DNA of 63,192 bases, the filler included, from Octopus bimaculoides (Eukaryota), in NCBI RefSeq assembly GCF_001194135.2. It is 7 parts of 6 records of this genome, joined end to end, with 100 filler letters (N's around TTAATTAATTAA, not from the genome) between each part and the next. Parts side by side here need not be neighbours in the genome. Positions count along the whole stretch, not along the records: positions 9,604 to 27,032 come from NC_068991.1; positions 27,133 to 33,892 come from NC_068983.1; positions 33,993 to 58,753 come from NC_068993.1; 4 more parts are not named here. One strand, 5' to 3'. Below are positions 24,107 to 35,329 of the stretch, piece after piece (within the stretch, counting starts at the first letter, position 1; each line of letters starts with the position of its first letter). The position numbers and the translations under genes are program-made. Below the pieces are notes generated by a model. That model did no database searches and had not been told where the DNA came from. It saw only the letters and a program-made list of their open reading frames with translations.

Positions 24107-25429
24107 GTGTGTGTGTGCATGTGTAAAGAAAGGTTCAGACAATGAAGGTTGAGAGACCTTTGTCTTCTCTTGAAGTATTGTGGGGTTGAAGAAAAGACAT
24201 TCTGCATGCTAAATACACATGCAATAGACCCTCAAACACATAATATAGTGAGTTTAAAATTTTAACTTAACTTCAGATTATCCCTGCAAATAGTAAACAA
24301 AAACTCTCTGTGGACGGATGTTTAAATTCTAAACAGAAGTAAGAGAGATAAATCTAATATTATAGGCCATGCAAAGGCTTATTGTCGATATCAAATGTAA
24401 AACGGCGATACACAAAGACAAGGAACAGCAATGAAGACGGTTGTGGCAGCGTGACGTCTGTCCTGTCAGTTGAGTTTAAATCCTTTTCTAAAGTTTCCTC
24501 GTATCTTTTAGATGCAGAGCGTTTTATTCTATTTTGTATCAGTTTAATTATTCGTTCGGAATATATACTTAATATGATGGGCACGTTATCTAATGGTACC
24601 AATCTCTTGCACATGTATATTCTAAATGCTGCACACTGACCACATATAACTTAATGTTATATACGTTTGCTTTTCACATTGACTCAAATCTGTTAATGCA
24701 AGTAGAAAATTGTCCATTGTATCACCCATAACAAGCTGTCTTATTTTACCGGAAGCTTGCAAAGCAAGTGAACTTTCAGCATAATTTGAAATTACATCGT
24801 AAAGAGATAAAACTAAATACCATTAAGGCATTTTATACATTGCTGTTATTTCAGCCACCACATTTTCTTTGTAGTACTGGTAAGATTATAAGTAATATTT
24901 TAAGCAATAATGATTTCTAATATAAACACAGCGTCACAGTTTTTGTGACATGATAAAATCGTTCAAATCAATTGCAGTGTTTCATTGCTACTTATTTTAT
25001 CGACACAGAAGAATGGAATTCAAAGTTGAACATAGACGACTTCAATTCCGAACAGAGAAAGACACAACTAAATATCCACACGGCAATTTTCCGATATCTA
25101 CCGAATCTGCGATCTACTACATCTGTATAAACAATATCAATTGACTCACATGTACAAAATAAATCTACAACTACCAACCACTAGGGTATATATGTAAGCA
25201 TGCATGTATTCTATTCCTGTTTTTCTCTTGTTGATTTTTATCAATGTTTCCTCAAAATAACCCTATATATATATATATATNNNNNNNNNNNNNNNNNNNN
25301 NNNNNNNNNNNNNNNNNNNNNNNNNNNNNNNNNNNNNNNNNNNNNNNNNNNNNNNNNNNNNNNNNNNNNNNNNNNNNNNNNNNNNNNNNNNNNNNNNNNN
25401 NNNNATATATATATATATATATAATGTGT

Positions 25430-26082
25430 TTGGAATGCATTCATCTGAGATGCTATCTATATTTTTCAAACAGTTTCCATCGTCCTCGACACAATCAAGG
25501 AGATCTTGTGCAACTGAAACCCGAGTGTCTTTTGGGACAGCTGAAAGCGATTTTGGCGCAAACTTGGCATACACGCGTCTCAACCAAATCTTCAGTGATA
25601 ATGGACTGAACTGAACCGTAACTAATCTGCACATCCTCTGGTAACTCATGGATGATGAATCAACGATTTCCCGTCACAGCTGCACGCACATCTGCGATAT
25701 TGCTCTCAGTTCTGCTGATTGAGGGTCTCCCAGAACGTTCGTCACTATCAACACTTTTTTGCCCATCTTAGAAACATCTGAACCACTCGTACACTTGTCT
25801 GCGGCTCATACACTCCTCTCCATACACTTTCTGCAACTTTGCGTAGGCCTCTGAGCAGGTACCGCCATGACAACTTTCTCTGTCGCGGTCAATGCGACGA
25901 TCACATGCTACACACGTTCATTCCAAGCACTGCTGTAAACAGCAGAAGTGAGCTAGAACATTAAATCTTAGTGCACATGCAGAGCAGAGATCATGGTCAA
26001 TATGTGCCAAGCGGCTTTACTTTGCGTCCTTTAGCGTCTTTACTATAGCAACAGTCTGGATACTTATTGATCAGACCTCGTA
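25430..26082 (-). mobile_element. Mariner transposon 5' half
   Basis: TIR TA-CGAGGTCTGATCAATAAGTATCCAGAC at 26082 downward; translation RRVYAKFAPKSLS..RVSVAQDLLDCVEDDGNCLKNI, truncated before the first catalytic D. Confidence 0.85.
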
Positions 26083-26120
26083 TTGCTTTTATCAGTTGCT
26101 ATTATTGTACAGAAGTAGTA

Positions 26121-26408
26121 AGCAGCGAGGTGGTTAGGATAGTTAGCACGTTGGGCATTTCCTCCCGCCTTTACATTCTGAGTTCAAATTCCGTTGAGGT
26201 TGACTTTGCTTTACATCCATGAGGCAAAATTCTTAACGGTATTTCTTCCGACTCTTTACGTTCTAAATTCAAATGCCGCCGGGTTTGGCTTTATTTTTCA
26301 TCTTTTAGGAGCCGATAAGATAAGTACCAGTTAAGCGATAGAGTGGATGTAATCGACTAGGCCCTTCTCACCATAAAATTTCAGTCCGTCCTCCAAGAGT
26401 AGAAAGTT
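26121..26408 (+). mobile_element. SINE (abundant family) with duplicated head segment
   Basis: The TTCT.A.TTCAAAT block occurs twice (about 26176 and 26261); ATAAGTACCAG core. Confidence 0.75.
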
Positions 26409-26568
26409 ATAGATACGCGAGTGCGTAATAAGAAGATGCAATGGTCTCGGCCTGAATGGCATTTCTCGTAGATTTGATTAACCTGTACTGAATTGAATGA
26501 AATCATATCATTATTTTTCGATTCGTTTTCTCTTTCAGCTCGTCTGATGTTGACTGCCAAACGAAAAT

Positions 26569-26737
26569 ATGGAAAAAAATGAAGACACGCAGTTCAAAAT
26601 GTGGTCTGCTGCAGTCAATGTGGATTATGTTATGAACGGGATTGGAACAAAAGGTTACTTCCACATATCACAATTCCTGCTCTGGTGTTTCACAGCAGTT
26701 GTAGCATCAGGCAATCTTAACCTTTACATCTTCAGCG
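26569..26737 (+). CDS. SLC22-family organic cation/anion transporter, first coding exon (gene B)
   Basis: MEKNEDTQFKMWSAAVNVDYVMNGIGTKGYFHISQFLLWCFTAVVASGNLNLYIFS(G); donor G|GTGAG at 26738 (phase 1); acceptor TTTTCTCTTTCAG ending 26538 implies an upstream 5' UTR intron. Confidence 0.82.
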
Positions 26738-26968
26738 GTGAGTTTTCAACTGTTACGTCTTCAGAAATCGACATCCATCCATCTATCCCTCCATACATAC
26801 ATACATACATACATACATACATACATACATACATACATACATACATACATACATACATACATGCATGCATACATATACATACATACATACATAGTTGTTG
26901 AAATTCCAATGAAGGAGCTTTGGATCTTGGTTCAAGAAACCTTGAAATAAAACTGAATAATGACATAC

Positions 26969-27032
<64 letters not shown>

Positions 27033-27242
27033 NNNNNNNNNNNNNNNNNNNNNNNNNNNNNNNNNNNNNNNNNNNNTTAATTAATTAANNNNNNNNNNNN
27101 NNNNNNNNNNNNNNNNNNNNNNNNNNNNNNNNATATATATATATATATATATATATAGGCAAATCAAAATAAAATAAAAACAACAAAAGTCAAAATGGTG
27201 TACACAGTTGTCACTCAGTTCAGTATGGATAAAAAGAGGGGC

Positions 27243-27273
27243 GTTTCGAGCATAACTCTTCGTCAGAAAGAGG
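27243..27273 (-). ncRNA. Truncated hammerhead motif with canonical CUGACGA core
   Basis: CCTCTTT-CTGACGA-A-GAGT-TAT-GCTC-GAAACG; the NUH triplet and 3' strand of stem I are absent. Confidence 0.55.
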
Positions 27274-27529
27274 AAACGTTCAAAGAGAATGTAAAGATTA
27301 GTCCAAGAGAAGTACGTGTGTCGTTACATGATGTACATATATATATGCACAGGTATACTAATAACTACCAGTACACCAATCCGTGTTGGGATAAATACGT
27401 GTTTAACCATAAATGTAAGGGTTAAATCACGTGTTTTAGACTGTGGCTCATAAATGAGAGATCTACCTGACTATTTTCAGCATTTATGAACTCACGCGAA
27501 TCGATTTTTCATTTTCCTGAATATTGTCA

Positions 27530-27596
<67 letters not shown>

Positions 27597-28577
27597 ACAT
27601 ATTGGACTTGTGATATACTATGTCCTGTATATGACATAAACTGCATGTATATGTAGCTTGTTGACTGCCGACAAATGTATACGTGTGCGAGTGTACGTGT
27701 TTGTTTGTCTGTGTATGTTATATGCATGTCCGTGTGGTTTACCTCTGGAATGTATGTACACTCTGTCGTCTTGAAGTTTGTAATATCAATGTTGTCATCA
27801 CTTTAATGCCACCAACATCATTTTCCTTATCCCAAGTCATAGCCATCCAACAACATCAACAACCACAACAGCAATAAACGACGCTATTACCACCACCACC
27901 ACCACCACCACCGACAACAACAAAAACAACAACAACAACACTATGCACAATGATGATAATGATGATGAACCTCCCTCTCCTCCTCGTCCTCGTCCTTATC
28001 ATTATTCTCATCATCGTCATCGTTATCAAAAACATCATAACCATAATCATAACCATCCCCTGATCCTCATCATCATCATCACCATCATCATCATCGTCAT
28101 CACCATCATCGTTATCATCATCATCATCGTCATCATTATCATCATCAATATTGTCAACTCTCTCATTATGGTCGTTTTCAGTGTTACTCATCCATACCAG
28201 ATGATATTTTTGACTGACCAACTAAAAACAAAAGCCTAATTCCCCTAAGATTACACCCCACTGGTTTGAACGAGGAAAGGACACATTCCAAAGTAAGTTG
28301 GGACTGTCTTTAATGAAATGCCTTTGGTCCTAGGTTTGTTTATCAGATTTGATCGGAAACTGAAACAAGTAAGAAATAACCAAACAATTATCAAACTATA
28401 GCTAGACGTTGATAGACCATTACCAACGTATAGCTAAATTATTAGCAACATATAGCTAGACTGTTATCAACACTACACTAAGTAATTAGCAAGTCGTGAT
28501 CAAAATGTTATCCATACCCGGCCAAACTATTAACAATTAAACCCAAAATAATGTTCACACACACACAAACACGCACG

Positions 28578-28624
<47 letters not shown>

Positions 28625-29195
28625 NNNNNNNNNNNNNNNNNNNNNNNNNNNNNNNNNNNNNNNNNNNNNNNNNNNNNNNNNNNNNNNNNNNNNNNNNNNN
28701 NNNNNNNNNNNNNNNNNNNNNNNNNNNNNNNNNNNNNNNNNNNNNNNNNNNNNNNNNNNNNNNNNNNNNNNNNNNNNNNNNNNNNNNNNNNNNNNNNNNN
28801 NNNNNNNNNNNNNNNNNNNNNNNNNNNNNNNNNNNNNNNNNNNNNNNNNNNNNNNNNNNNNNNNNNNNNNNNNNNNNNNNNNNNNNNNNNNNNNNNNNNN
28901 NNNNNNNNNNNNNNNNNNNNNNNNNNNNNNNNNNNNNNNNNNNNNNNNNNNNNNNNNNNNNNNNNNNNNNNNNNNNNNNNNNNNNNNNNNNNNNNNNNNN
29001 NNNNNNNNNNNNNNNNNNNNNNNNNNNNNNNNNNNNNNNNNNNNNNNNNNNNNNNNNNNNNNNNNNNNNNNNNNNNNNNNNNCAAGCACAGTTATCGACA
29101 CAGTTTATTCGCAACACGTAACCAACCCGTTATCATTGCAATATTTAAACAGTTTCCAACAATAGTGCAAACAACACACTTCCACACACACAAAC

Positions 29196-29234
<39 letters not shown>

Positions 29235-29753
29235 CAGAAGAGAGAGGGGGAGAAAGAGAGAAGGAGAGGGAGAAGAGAGAAGGGGGGTTTATTAGCAACA
29301 AATGAGGAAAAATCAATGAATAAGGAACAGAATAAAACTTATCAACGCACACAAACACACACATACGCGTGTGAGCGCGCGCACACACGTTCTCTCTCTC
29401 TCTCTCTCTCTCTCACAGACACACACATACACACACATACACATGGACTCTGTTAGTAACACAAAACCAAATTATTAATCACTCTACACAAATCTATTAA
29501 AAACGAATGTTTATTAATGCACAGCCAGTCTGTTCATAATAAGCAAACTCTTAACACATGTCAACTTAGAAGCAAAATATGACCAATAATAACCGATTAC
29601 AAACATATTTACGAATTTTATCTTTAGATAGAGTATATAAACAGTTTCAACCTCTTTATATACCTACAATTCGTTTGAGGATCGGGAACCTGAAACTCCA
29701 TCTAGTCATTGAAATATTCAGCCCTGAATAAGATTCATTCCTTTTATATTGGT

Positions 29754-29963
29754 TTCAAATGTTGGCACAAAGCGAGAAATTCGTGGGTGGGTCGGAGAAA
29801 GTCGATTACATTTACCCCAGCACTTGATTTCATCGATCCTGTAAGAATGAATAGCAGTGTCGACTGCGGCAGAATTTGAACCCAGGACGTAATGACAGAC
29901 GAGATGCCGCTAAGTATTTTGTCCGGCGTACTAACGATGCTAACGATTCTCCCAGCTCACCGC
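29754..29963 (-). mobile_element. SINE (abundant family)
   Basis: Reverse complement aligns with 18655..18872 and 46183..46395. Confidence 0.8.
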
Positions 29964-30001
29964 TTAACATTCCCTGTATATTGATATGTATTAAGTGTTC
30001 T

Positions 30002-30090
<89 letters not shown>

Positions 30091-30399
30091 AAACACACAC
30101 GCACGCACGCACACACACACACACACAGACACACACATACGTACACATATATGCATGTGAATAATGCATATACACACATTCATATGCACATAAACAGATA
30201 CGCGTATGCTTACACACGTACATACACACATGCATACACAATACACATTTACACACACCTGTATATGTATATTTATGTGCATATATATCTATATATATAT
30301 ATACATATGTATATATATATGCATTTGTATGCATGCATGTGTGTGTATATACATATGCAAGCATACATACATGTGTGTGTGTGTTATTTGCATTTGTAT

Positions 30400-30560
30400 T
30401 TGTGTAACATTTCTCCGTTTTTTCTGTCTTTGGTTTCGTATACATTCACTGTTTTCTTCCAAGGTATCTAATGCACTTAGCTTAGTCTTTCCTTTGGGGC
30501 TGGTCAGATTGGAGCAATCTCTGGATGTTTTGCGTTCTTGTCCCATCTTTGTATTTTTAT
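30400..30560 (+). repeat. Internally deleted copy of the 31040..31360 repeat
   Basis: TTGCATTTGTATTTG.GTAACATTTCTCCG..GGAGCAATCTC joined directly to TGGATGTTTTGCGTTCTTGTCCCAT. Confidence 0.75.
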
Positions 30561-31039
30561 ATATATAAAAAATATGGCGGCGTACGTACACTTTGGTCTT
30601 TTATATGTAAGTATATATATATATCTAGATTTTGTACGACTCTATTATTCTTTCTATTCTTTCATTCTTTCCTTCTTTCTATCAGCTCTTTCACACTTAC
30701 TTCGTTCATTCCACTCTTCGTTCTTTCGTTCCCCCTTTCTCACATTTCCTGGCCTTCTCTTCATGCTCACTTTCCTTCCTCTTTCACTTCACTATGTCCC
30801 TTTCATTTTTCTCGCCCCTCCTTAAATCTTCTATCCCTCTGCCTCTACCTTTCTCTCTTCTTTCCCCATGTGACAGGTGTTCGGCCAAGCATGACCTTTC
30901 TTTCTTGGTTCGACTACAATCCGTGCAACATCTCTATTCCTCCCTGTGCCTGTCAAATCTTACATCCCTGCCGTAAGGCTTTACTTCCACACACGCAGGC
31001 TTAATTTAACTCGTCCTTAGTCGAGAGACACCTGTTGTT

Positions 31040-31360
31040 ATGTCCTGTTAGTTGCATTTGTATTTGCGTAACATTTCTCCGTTTTTTTCCCCGTCCTTGT
31101 TTTCGTATACATTCGCTGCTTTCTTCCAAGGAATCTAGTGCTCTTAGCTTAGTTTTTCCTTGGGGCTGGCCAGATTGGAGCAATCTCGAATATAACCAGC
31201 TGAAATTGCAAAGATAATTTGGAACTCGACTGAGGAAAGAAAACTCCGAATGACCCGTACTTGTTTTCTTTGTATCGTCTATCTGGATATTTTGTTGTAC
31301 CTTCTTTGTATCACCTAACCGTCTGGATGTTTTGCGTTCTTGTCCCATTTTTGTATTTAT
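31040..31360 (+). repeat. Unclassified dispersed repeat
   Basis: Homologous to 4816..5075 and 30400..30560. Confidence 0.75.
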
Positions 31361-31825
31361 ACATATATATTTAGCGCGCTAGAACAGAGACTTTTGAAAA
31401 TAGCCCCAATGTAATAGGTAGAACTGTACACATGTATAATTTTATGTGGACAACTCGTGTATTTTTCTGCAAATTATATTGAATTTGAATGGTCGTACTG
31501 AAGACCCACGGATGTTGTTACGTAATAAAAAATTACGTTAATGCATTGATGGCAAAACCCGGTCTACGGTTAATTCTTTATTTTGTATATTTTCATTTGT
31601 CTTACCCGTTATGTTCTAGTGTGTGCTGAATTTCCCTAGAGAACATTCTTTTCTTTTGTGGCTTGACCGTAGATGGTTTATTTCTTGTATAATGGATGTC
31701 CACTTAGTGGTCATCCCTTCTCATATGTATGTAATATAATTTTTCTGAATTTTCAGAATTTTCTTTATGCTAGGCCACTGGTTTTAAATTGGTGTTAATG
31801 AAATTAATATCCAATTTATCACCCT

Positions 31826-31873
<48 letters not shown>

Positions 31874-31926
31874 GTATACATGCACATACATATATACATA
31901 CATACATACATACATACATACATGCA

Positions 31927-32090
31927 GGAGGGTGTGCTGGAGAGTTCCTGGCTTTATGGGTATCACGAAAGGCCTGGTTGGAGGCTCAAACTTCATAGTT
32001 CTTTTAGAGGGCTTAGAAAAACTTAAGGACCGCTGCAATAAGTGTGTGAATCTGAGAGGGGAATATGTTGAATAAAATCATAATTAATTG
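31927..32090 (+). mobile_element. Internally deleted mariner fragment
   Basis: TIR-like GAGGGTGTGCTGGAGAGTTCCTGGCTTT next to LEKLKDRCNKCVNLRGEYVE* (mariner C-terminus). Confidence 0.65.
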
Positions 32091-32119
32091 ATATAAATGA
32101 AAACATATACATGTTATAT

Positions 32120-32532
32120 ACATATGGTAGACCCATTTGAAAGGGCTAAAGACAGACACTTTCCTCTTTGGCCAAGCCCTCATCAACTTTTTCAAGTTTC
32201 ACATGAAAAGGAAGTTGAAAGTGGAGAGGGAAGTGTTGCCTTGTAGTAAGTTTGTTGAAAGGTGGGTGAATGTTGGAAGAATGGCCAGTGTGAAAGGACC
32301 AATTCTGAGCGTGCACCTGTAAAAAGAGAATCAAAGGAGAAGGGCTCTTGCTCTGTTATTCAAGCACCCATGGATTTTGAGGGTTTTTCCCTATTGGGAG
32401 TTTTTCCCTATTGGGAGTTTTAATTTGTTCACTTTTATTCTTATCACATTGTGTACACGTTATAAAATCCATTGTATCGTCCTGTTTTTGTTTGGCTTTG
32501 TATGTGAGCACTTGTGGCTAATAAAAGAATAA

Positions 32533-32533
<1 letters not shown>
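32120..32533 (+). mobile_element. Tx1/L1-clade LINE 3' fragment
   Basis: KGLKTDTFLFGQALINFFKFHMKRKLKVEREVL..RWVNVGRM is homologous to the ORF2 C-terminus at 54049..54250; AATAAA at 32528-32533 followed by (TTA)n. Confidence 0.8.
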
Positions 32534-32583
<50 letters not shown>

Positions 32584-32874
32584 GTTCAGTAGTTTTATTT
32601 TTATAACGTGCTTTCACTTCACTACCGAGCGCAGCTCTGTGAGCCTTGGGTATGTGCTGTGGTTTGCTGTGGTGCTCTTATGGTTACTGTATTGAAAGTG
32701 TTTTGCGTAGGATGTATGCAGTGCCCAGTAGTGCAATTTTCTGTATGTTATATATATTTGTAAGTCCTGGTGTTTTTGTTATGTATTTGTCTGAATATTT
32801 TTTATTATACCTAAGGCACCTACTATGATAGGAATTGTTTCTGTTTTTAGATTCCACATTCAAGTTACCTCTAT
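32534..32874 (-). mobile_element. R4/Dong-like (restriction-like endonuclease) non-LTR element 3' end with (TAA)n
   Basis: LKTETIPIIVGALG (frameshift) KKYSDKYITKTPGLTNIYNIQKIALLGTAYILRKTLSIQ*, a typical REL-clade C-terminus; approx. 100-nt 3' UTR then (TAA)n; 5' side lost in the gap. Confidence 0.8.
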
Positions 32875-33661
32875 NNNNNNNNNNNNNNNNNNNNNNNNNN
32901 NNNNNNNNNNNNNNNNNNNNNNNNNNNNNNNNNNNNNNNNNNNNNNNNNNNNNNNNNNNNNNNNNNNNNNNNNNNNNNNNNNNNNNNNNNNNNNNNNNNN
33001 NNNNNNNNNNNNNNNNNNNNNNNNNNNNNNNNNNNNNNNNNNNNNNNNNNNNNNNNNNNNNNNNNNNNNNNNNNNNNNNNNNNNNNNNNNNNNNNNNNNN
33101 NNNNNNNNNNNNNNNNNNNNNNNNNNNNNNNNNNNNNNNNNNNNNNNNNNNNNNNNNNNNNNNNNNNNNNNNNNNNNNNNNNNNNNNNNNNNNNNNNNNN
33201 NNNNNNNNNNNNNNNNNNNNNNNNNNNNNNNNNNNNNNNNNNNNNNNNNNNNNNNNNNNNNNNNNNNNNNNNNNNNNNNNNNNNNNNNNNNNNNNNNNNN
33301 NNNNNNNNNNNNNNNNNNNNNNNNNNNNNNNNNNNNNNNNNNNNNNNNNNNNNNNNNNNNNNNNNNNNNNNNNNNNNNNNNNNNNNNNNNNNNNNNNNNN
33401 NNNNNNNNNNNNNNNTATATATATATATATATTTATATACATACCCTGTGTTTTGATTCAGGATGGAGACAAACGACGATGTTCCATGTGGTAGGCTTAA
33501 TAATTATTAAGGGACTTCTCCCCACATGAAACCGATGGTAGCCTTAACCAATGCGGTGTTGAGCATTCATTCTCATTGTTCGGTATTAACATACACGCAC
33601 AAACACATATATTGGATGTATGTATATATCCGTATATAAGTATATATGTGTGCATGTATAA

Positions 33662-33872
33662 GGGTGTGAACTGCTAGAATTGTTAGAGCATCAGAAAAAA
33701 TGTTCAGCAATATTTTCTTCCTGTCTCTTTACGTTCTGACCTGAAATTCCACTGAGATCGACTCATCTCTTTGAGGGTTGATAATATAAGCACCAGTCAA
33801 ATACTGGAGTAGATGTAAATGACTTGCTCGCTTTCCTCAAAATTGCCGGCCTTTTGCTGAAGTTAGACAGAA
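33662..33872 (+). mobile_element. SINE (abundant family), degenerate
   Basis: GAATTGTTAGAGCA..AAAATGTTCAGCAATATTT..TTTACGTTCTG..GGCCTTTTGC. Confidence 0.7.
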
Positions 33873-34176
33873 TATATATATATATATATATANNNNNNNN
33901 NNNNNNNNNNNNNNNNNNNNNNNNNNNNNNNNNNNNTTAATTAATTAANNNNNNNNNNNNNNNNNNNNNNNNNNNNNNNNNNNNNNNNNNNNTATATATG
34001 CATATATGGGTACAGGACGTCACCAACGGTGCAAATAACATGAAATATATAAACAAACGAGGGAAAATGAGTGAAATATGTAAACAATGAGAAAAAATGG
34101 TAAACAGGACAAGTCAACACAGAGAAAGACCCTTCATCAGTTGTCAGTTGTCTATCTACTTCTCATTTCAAGCAAT

Positions 34177-34235
<59 letters not shown>

Positions 34236-35329
34236 CAATTATTTACTTGCTGATATGTTGTAAAGACCAACCACCTATTGCTTTCGATATAATTGGTCAG
34301 TTAGATTTAAAAACAAAGGGCAAGCTATTAAGACCGTTATATAGGTAGGTTTAAATAAAAATATAAATAAAAAATAAAAGTATGGAAAAGTATTATATGT
34401 TGTCAGTGGCCCAAATCACTTATACAATTACTATAAGATAGTAACAAGGTATTTTCAATTGCTTGGGAAGCAATTAGGCAAAACCTTATGGAATAAGTGA
34501 TAATAGATGTGACCTTGGTGTGGAAGAAATGTACCAAATTTTCACTTCTAAATTTACTCATATAAACACTAGACAGGAACAGGCTATGAAATTTCCACAC
34601 TGGATAAAAAATACATTTAAACAATTTAAATAAATATAACTTACCAGCTATAGTAATTATGCTAGTTGAAATAATGATTGTGATAATTAATGTTGTTTAA
34701 GCAAATGATACTAATAAATATAATTATAATAATAATTACAATAACATTAATTGAAGGTCTATACCCCAAATAAGTGAAATAACTCTGAATTAAATAATGT
34801 AATCCATACAGTGAAACGTAAACAAAATTGCTATAATTAATTGTAATATAAACATTTTAAAACCACAATTCAACTGTAATACCAGTAGAAGTGATTATAA
34901 GACAAGCATTCAATTCGATTTAAAAAGTAATGCTATCATCTTCAATTGAATACCAATGCAGGAAGCATGTTTGAATTAGTTCAATTTGAAAACATTGTAA
35001 GTGATGGACCTTTGATGAAATTGCAGTGACTAGGATGCATAATTGCATGGAGAGCAATGTGCAGTTTCAGCAATAGAAACATATGTTGGTCATTGTTATA
35101 TATGCTGCAGAAAACTTTTTAGTAAAAAAGTTTCGCATATGAATAAATCTCCACTCTCCGCTTGGTTTTCAATATCTCTACGGAATATTTGCAATCCTGA
35201 ATAGGAACAAGTACCAGTATCTATTTAAGCTTGAGTACTGTGTAATTGAACTGTTGTGGATAGCAGGTACCTATACCATTTGATGAGACAATACAGTATC
35301 CGCCAGGATAATTTACCCCCTTTATATAT

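Noticed and set aside
24360-24639. Overlapping 84-85 aa ORFs on both strands
   Set aside because: No recognisable domain or splice support.
27856-28239. Asp-, His- or Ile-rich ORFs (also 11317..11807)
   Set aside because: Products of (ATC)n, (ACC)n and (TTG)n trinucleotide tracts.
28250-28295. Mini-exon ITPHWFERGKDTFQ with a GTAAGT donor as gene B exon 2
   Set aside because: Phase 0 start is incompatible with the phase-1 donor at 26737; the compatible frame hits a stop.
33480-33545. Hairpin ATGTGG/CCACAT followed by GAAACCGATGGTA, with a 16-bp palindrome in the loop
   Set aside because: Resembles the 3' half of a hammerhead, but no CUGANGA half is recognisable.
34125-34175. Minus-strand CTGATGAAGGG
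   Set aside because: No downstream stem II partner or GAAA; a permuted fold did not give a stem I.
34403-34624. 73-aa minus-strand ORF with an upstream acceptor-like TCCAG
   Set aside because: No family similarity recognised and no convincing donor.
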